Shown here piece after piece: positions 59,509 to 64,000 of a DNA stretch of 64,000 nt. Every line of letters starts with the position of its first letter. Position 1 is the first letter of the stretch. Below the pieces are notes generated by a model. The model searched no databases and had not been told where the DNA came from. It was given only the letters and a program-made list of their open reading frames with translations. The stretch lies in IMG/VR virus record IMGVR_UViG_3300020048_000016. One strand, given 5' to 3'. Origin of the DNA: an uncultured virus (IMG/VR IMGVR_UViG_3300020048_000016). Its lineage: Duplodnaviria; Heunggongvirae; Uroviricota; Caudoviricetes. The position numbers were made by a program, and so were the translations under genes.

Positions 59509-59967
59509 ATGATTATAATATTTCTAGATATTGATGGTGTTCTAAGAACTCATAAGAGTGATTTAGAATGGTCTCTTAAATTAGGAGAACCAATACCAGA
59601 TATATGTAAAAGATATTTTAGTAAAACAGCAGTTAGCAATCTAAATGAAATTCTTGGTTGGTCAAGAGCAAAGATTGTAGTTACATCAACCTGGCGAACA
59701 TTGGTCAGTTTTGATGATCTTAAAAAGATATTTAAAGAAAATGGTGTAATTTCAGAAGTGGTTGATATTACATCAATTGGTATAAACAGAGGTGAAGAAA
59801 TTGAACAGTATATCTCTGATAATAATATAGTTGACTATGTTGTAATAGATGATAATGTAAGTGATATCATCAATGTAATTAATAAAGAAAGAGTTGTAAA
59901 AATAGATTCAAAAATCGGTCTAGAAGATGAAAATATAATAGATCATGTCTTGGATATTTTACTTTAA
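59509..59967 (+). CDS. HAD phosphatase (Swiss-army-knife RNA-repair-like)
   Basis: IFLDIDGVL, IVVTSTWR, RGEEI, YVVIDD. Confidence 0.85.
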   Translation: MIIIFLDIDGVLRTHKSDLEWSLKLGEPIPDICKRYFSKTAVSNLNEILGWSRAKIVVTSTWRTLVSFDDLKKIFKENGVISEVVDITSIGINRGEEIEQYISDNNIVDYVVIDDNVSDIINVINKERVVKIDSKIGLEDENIIDHVLDILL

Positions 59968-60001
59968 TTGAGTAAATTTGTAGAAACAAAACGATATAGA
60001 T

Positions 60002-60229
60002 ATGAAAAGAAAATTAAACCCAGGAAGATATATGAAAGTATCTTCATTAAATGAATTCTTAAAATCAAATAATGATTTTACTGATTTTGTTCAAAAAGTA
60101 AAAGGTATTGAAACACATACTGGTGTAGAAGATGTTTACTATTCAACTGCAGATTTTAAAAATGTAATACCTAGTGATCAATTTAGATTGATCGAATGTG
60201 AAGTAGTAACTAGTTTAATTTTAGAATAA
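60002..60229 (+). CDS. hypothetical protein
   Basis: After TAAATTTG at 59973. Confidence 0.55.
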   Translation: MKRKLNPGRYMKVSSLNEFLKSNNDFTDFVQKVKGIETHTGVEDVYYSTADFKNVIPSDQFRLIECEVVTSLILE

Positions 60230-60247
60230 TAAATTAATTAAAGAAAA

Positions 60248-60568
60248 ATGAAAAGAATATTATTAACAGGATTGACACTTTTGATGTTATCAAGTTGTGA
60301 TCCAGCAGGTGTTACGAGACAAACAACAACTGGTAGTGAAAGAGGTTTACCAGAAGAATTAAAAGGATTGAAAGTGTATGATGTATCTACCGGTGAGGGT
60401 AACTATATAAAAGTTGCACTATTGAATGGTAAGTTAAACTCTACTACCTATCAGGTGGGTAAACATAGTGAAACTACAATTATAATTGGTTGCGATAATC
60501 AAAAAAGAGTAATTAATGCAAAAGAGATAATCTCTGAGACAGATAGTATTTTAGTAATTAGAAAGTAA
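60248..60568 (+). CDS. lipoprotein
   Basis: MKRILLTGLTLLMLSSC lipobox. Confidence 0.7.
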   Translation: MKRILLTGLTLLMLSSCDPAGVTRQTTTGSERGLPEELKGLKVYDVSTGEGNYIKVALLNGKLNSTTYQVGKHSETTIIIGCDNQKRVINAKEIISETDSILVIRK

Positions 60569-60608
60569 AGAAAAATGAAATATTTAATAATCAATAACAC
60601 ATAAAATT

Positions 60609-61235
60609 ATGGCAACAAATTTATTCAGCAAGGCTAAGAAAGCAGCACCTGCTAAGAAGGTATCCGCAAAGGATAAGAAAGTTCGAATCGTAGTAGAAGA
60701 TCCAGATTTCTTCGAAAAAGTAGAAAAATTAGAAGAGTTACAAGGTACTCTTAAAACCGCAAAAGCAAAAGCAGATCTAATCTCTGATGAGTTGAAAGAT
60801 CTTGCTAAAGACAAATGGGCTGACTTATACGAAGAAACGAATAAGAACCCAGAGTCTGTCATGATCGTTCAAGATAGCGATACTGGTGACACAGCACAGT
60901 TTATGTTTGTACCAACAGACAAATACATTACTATCAATGAAGATAGAGCAGAAGAGTTGAAAGATACTTATGGTGATGATATCGTAGAAGAGAAAACAAC
61001 ATTCTCTTTTGATGAGACGATGATTGAGAAGTATGGTGAGGTTTTATCTGAATTAATCGAGAATAGTGATGAGATCGAAGATAAAGATAAAGAAAAGATC
61101 ATCAAAGCAACAACTACATACTCTGTAGCGAAAGGAACTATTAATAAGTTCAAAGAATATGGTGAGGTAATTGAGATGATGGAGACGGTTAAACCAGTTG
61201 TTGCAATTAAAAATGTAGAAATTATCAAAGGTTAG
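60609..61235 (+). CDS. hypothetical protein
   Basis: 208 aa; K/A-rich N-terminus. Confidence 0.65.
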   Translation: MATNLFSKAKKAAPAKKVSAKDKKVRIVVEDPDFFEKVEKLEELQGTLKTAKAKADLISDELKDLAKDKWADLYEETNKNPESVMIVQDSDTGDTAQFMFVPTDKYITINEDRAEELKDTYGDDIVEEKTTFSFDETMIEKYGEVLSELIENSDEIEDKDKEKIIKATTTYSVAKGTINKFKEYGEVIEMMETVKPVVAIKNVEIIKG

Positions 61236-61335
61236 TTGTTTTATTAATAATTATTACTATATTTGTAAAACAATAACGATTGTAAGTAGAGAAGTTGGCA
61301 ATTCGCTGTAAAACCCTGGTTTCTTCTTTCAATTT

Positions 61336-61411
61336 GATTAGTTGGGAAAGTTGGTAATCCGATCGGTGGGTAACTACCGATAGATCATAGGTTCGAGTCC
61401 TGTACTGATCA
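61336..61411 (+). ncRNA. tRNA-shaped RNA with a GNRA tetraloop instead of an anticodon loop
   Basis: GATTAGT/ACTGATC acceptor; GGA/TCC D-stem with GG loop; ATCGGTGG-GTAA-CTACCGAT; ATAGG-TTCGAGT-CCTGT T-arm. Confidence 0.7.
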
Positions 61412-61482
61412 CAAAAATAAAAATAAAAAAAAGTTAGGTTATTAAAGAATTATTACTAACTTTGTAAAACAAACAGAAAGAT

Positions 61483-61965
61483 ATGACAACAGAAGAATTA
61501 GAGTTAGCATTTGAAAACGCACCTACGATAGATGCTAAGTCAGATATACTTAATAGTGCAATTATTAAACAAATAGATAATTTTGATAGTGATGAATTTG
61601 CTAAATTAGATGAAAGTATCAAAAACTTGTTTGATGATTTGAAAAATCTTAAAATTGAAAAGGCTCAAGAAGAAAATGAATTTTGTAATTCAGAGATAGA
61701 GAGCGGTAATTTAGATCTTTATAGATGTATTAATTCAGTTGATGATTGCGTTTTTGGTGAAACATACTATGTGAAAATTGATGATGTTGCAGCAGATTAT
61801 AAGTCTAAGGGTTTTGATAAGTTAAGTGATGAAATGTCTGAGTACATTAATAAGATTGAGCCTACTATAACGATCTATTGTGATAAAGGTATCGGTACAT
61901 TAAAGTTCAGAAAGGTTTTCACAAAAGAATTTGCATTATTTAATGAGTATTTTATAAAAGATTAA
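61483..61965 (+). CDS. hypothetical protein
   Basis: After TAACTTTG at 61457. Confidence 0.6.
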   Translation: MTTEELELAFENAPTIDAKSDILNSAIIKQIDNFDSDEFAKLDESIKNLFDDLKNLKIEKAQEENEFCNSEIESGNLDLYRCINSVDDCVFGETYYVKIDDVAADYKSKGFDKLSDEMSEYINKIEPTITIYCDKGIGTLKFRKVFTKEFALFNEYFIKD

Positions 61966-61975
61966 ATTGATAATT

Positions 61976-62149
61976 ATGGATAAATTAACTGAAATCGGTA
62001 AAAAATTACCAAACGACCAGGATCTAGGCAAGTATGTTAGATCATTAATCAGAGAGATAGAATCAAATGAGATCAAAGATATTGTAAAAGAATATCCAAA
62101 TGATTTCGACTTAGGTAAACAACTAAGAAAAAAAATAAATCAAAAATAA
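61976..62149 (+). CDS. small protein with a duplicated PNDxDLGKxxR motif
   Basis: PNDQDLGKYVR / PNDFDLGKQLR. Confidence 0.55.
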   Translation: MDKLTEIGKKLPNDQDLGKYVRSLIREIESNEIKDIVKEYPNDFDLGKQLRKKINQK

Positions 62150-62240
62150 ATCAAAAAAAAGGATAATAATCGAAAAATAATCCTTAGATTTGCAAAGAAG
62201 AAAAATTAGTAATTAAATCGTAAATAAAACAAAAACAAAT

Positions 62241-63392
62241 ATGGAGAATAATGTAGAAGTTGCCGCTGCGCAAGAAAATGGTATGATGCCACAATGGATG
62301 TTAGACAAATTGGATACTCTAACAGAGAAAGAAAGAGAGTACTTGGCAATTATGTGGCCTAAGTATGGTGTTTTATTCATAACATCGAAACCTGGTGTTG
62401 CGAAGTCTGCAATCGGATTGTCAATTGCAACTAAGTTAGGATTTAGATACCTTGATATGCGTTTATCAATGTCTGATGAGTCCGATTTCAAATACCCATA
62501 CTTAGAGGACTTAACACAAGATGGTCAAACTTTTAAAGTTTCTGGCTATGCTGTTCCTAAATGGGCTTTCGAATCTAATCAAAGACCAACTATCATTCAC
62601 TTTGAAGAGTTGAACAGAGCCCCACAATTCGTAAGAAACGCGGCTTTACAAATCTTACTTGAACGCGAAATTGGTGATTTCAAATTCAACGATAACGTAC
62701 TAATGATGGCTTCTGGTAACTTAGGTGACGAAGATGGTACAGACGTAGAAGAGTTCGATTCTGCTTTGAACAACCGTTTAATTCACGTAGATCACGTATT
62801 ATCAGTTGATGAGTGGTTGAAAAACTTCGCAGTAGATAAATGTCACCGCTTAATCGTGAGCTACATCAAAACTCACCCTGAGCAAATCTACAAAACGAGT
62901 GATAATATGAAGGGTTACGCAACACCGCGTTCTTGGACTATGCTTTCTAAGTTCATCACTCAAAACTATGGTAAAGAATCATCTGCAAGAGATTTCTTAC
63001 CATTGTTGAGAAAAGTGGCTCACGGGTATGTTGGAAACTCAGCAATGAAGTTCTTACAATATTGCGAAGATATGTTGAACATCTCAATCCAAGATGTAAT
63101 CAACAACTACGATGGAGTTAAGAAAGACTTGGCTAAATACAACCGAGACAAAAACTCTGAGTTAATCCAGTCATTGAAAGAGATTGACATCTCTACATTG
63201 AATGAGAAACAATTAGGTAACATCGTTAAATTCCTTGGTGGAGTTGGAGATGATGAGAAAACTGCTTACTTGTTGTGGATCTTAGACAACGTGGCGAACA
63301 TCGGCGAACCTAAGATGAAGAAGTTCTTACTTCAATTCGAAGACTTGTTGAGAACGATCAAAAAGATCAACAAACCTACTGCTAAGAAGTAA
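62241..63392 (+). CDS. MoxR-like AAA+ ATPase
   Basis: SKPGVAKS (variant Walker A), IIHFEELNRA, ASGN, ALNNRL, ATPRSW. Confidence 0.88.
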   Translation: MENNVEVAAAQENGMMPQWMLDKLDTLTEKEREYLAIMWPKYGVLFITSKPGVAKSAIGLSIATKLGFRYLDMRLSMSDESDFKYPYLEDLTQDGQTFKVSGYAVPKWAFESNQRPTIIHFEELNRAPQFVRNAALQILLEREIGDFKFNDNVLMMASGNLGDEDGTDVEEFDSALNNRLIHVDHVLSVDEWLKNFAVDKCHRLIVSYIKTHPEQIYKTSDNMKGYATPRSWTMLSKFITQNYGKESSARDFLPLLRKVAHGYVGNSAMKFLQYCEDMLNISIQDVINNYDGVKKDLAKYNRDKNSELIQSLKEIDISTLNEKQLGNIVKFLGGVGDDEKTAYLLWILDNVANIGEPKMKKFLLQFEDLLRTIKKINKPTAKK

Positions 63393-63407
63393 TTCAAAGC
63401 ATAGTAG

Positions 63408-63437
63408 AAAGGGTGTCACTTAGACACCCTTTTTTTT
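63408..63437 (+). terminator. intrinsic terminator
   Basis: AAAGGGTGTC-ACTTA-GACACCCTTTTTTTT. Confidence 0.85.
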
Positions 63438-63510
63438 AACTAGTTTTTTCAATAGAATAAACAAATTGGTAAGTCTACAATATAAGACTATACTATAATA
63501 ATCAAAGAAA

Positions 63511-64000
63511 ATGTTTAGAGACAAATTTAAGAAGTTTGGTGGGGATTTTATTCCGGATATAATAGAATACTTGAAAGGACAACTAGAAGTTGATCCTGGC
63601 TTAACTATTACAGCAGGATGTGATTCAATACAATTACGAAGAAGAACTGTTTACGCGGTTACTATTATGATGTATAATGGTGATGTTAAGAATGGTGCAC
63701 ACGTTGTTTTCTTCAGAGAGTCTTGTTCTAAAATTAGAGAAAACCAAGAAAGATTATACAAAGAAGCACAATATCTTCATGATCTTGGTACTTTCTTAGA
63801 TATAGAATTATCCGAATTCTATACAAGAAAAGATTTAAATGATTATGAAAGAAAGAGATATAAATATCATCTTGCTAAATGCAATCACGAATACTCTCAC
63901 GTTCCTGATCACCAAGAAGAAGGAGTTATTAAAAATTTATTAATGACACCTGCAGATAATATGGAATTCAAATTAGTTGACTTACATATTGACTTTAATC
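63511..64000 (+). CDS. RNase H-like YkuK (DUF458) family protein (partial)
   Basis: MFRDKFKK...ITAGCDSIQ...GAHVVF...RLYKEA...LHIDFN; runs off the window. Confidence 0.7.
   Translation, partial: MFRDKFKKFGGDFIPDIIEYLKGQLEVDPGLTITAGCDSIQLRRRTVYAVTIMMYNGDVKNGAHVVFFRESCSKIRENQERLYKEAQYLHDLGTFLDIELSEFYTRKDLNDYERKRYKYHLAKCNHEYSHVPDHQEEGVIKNLLMTPADNMEFKLVDLHIDFN

Noticed and set aside
61286..61330. Riboswitch upstream of the tRNA mimic
   Set aside because: Only a weak AGAGAAG/CTTCTTT pairing, with no recognisable aptamer consensus
1..64000. Genome-wide stop-codon reassignment (code 15 or 4)
   Set aside because: Code 11 gives dense, full-length genes, and several genes end properly at TAG or TGA; only one in-frame TAG was found

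Overview
Very AT-rich, gene-dense 64 kb segment of a large (jumbo-type) T4-like tailed phage. It has a T4 gp13-like neck gene, gp39/60 and gp52 topoisomerase II, an Rnl1 RNA ligase, an RNase H/FEN nuclease and DUF1566/LamG/DUF285 adhesin-type proteins. The host is almost certainly a Bacteroidota: about 19 TAnnTTTG -7 promoter boxes, no Shine-Dalgarno motifs, and a T9SS-cargo-like gene. Host-like genes include DnaK/DnaJ/GrpE, NusG, IMPDH/GMPR, a CCA-adding enzyme, UvsE, a class III nucleotide cyclase, a rhomboid and a MoxR AAA + VWA-peptidase pair. Main discoveries: (1) About 25 unrelated small proteins end in one shared helical tag, R-x-x-K-[LI]-x-x-[LI]-[LG]. By eye, several of them are fragments of T4-like capsid, portal and tail-tube proteins, i.e. 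possible structural-protein decoys or adaptors. (2) A second, non-overlapping set of about 17 proteins starts with an MKYLKxF(N)E capsid-targeting-like leader and follows a TAATATATA late-type promoter; it includes the cyclase and the CCA enzyme. (3) There are three atypical tRNA-like genes. One has a CUA (amber) anticodon and lies near a long ORF broken by a single TAG at codon 4; another has a GNRA tetraloop in place of an anticodon loop. Two 10-N scaffold gaps join divergent alleles. All family calls come from motif recognition by eye; no searches were run.
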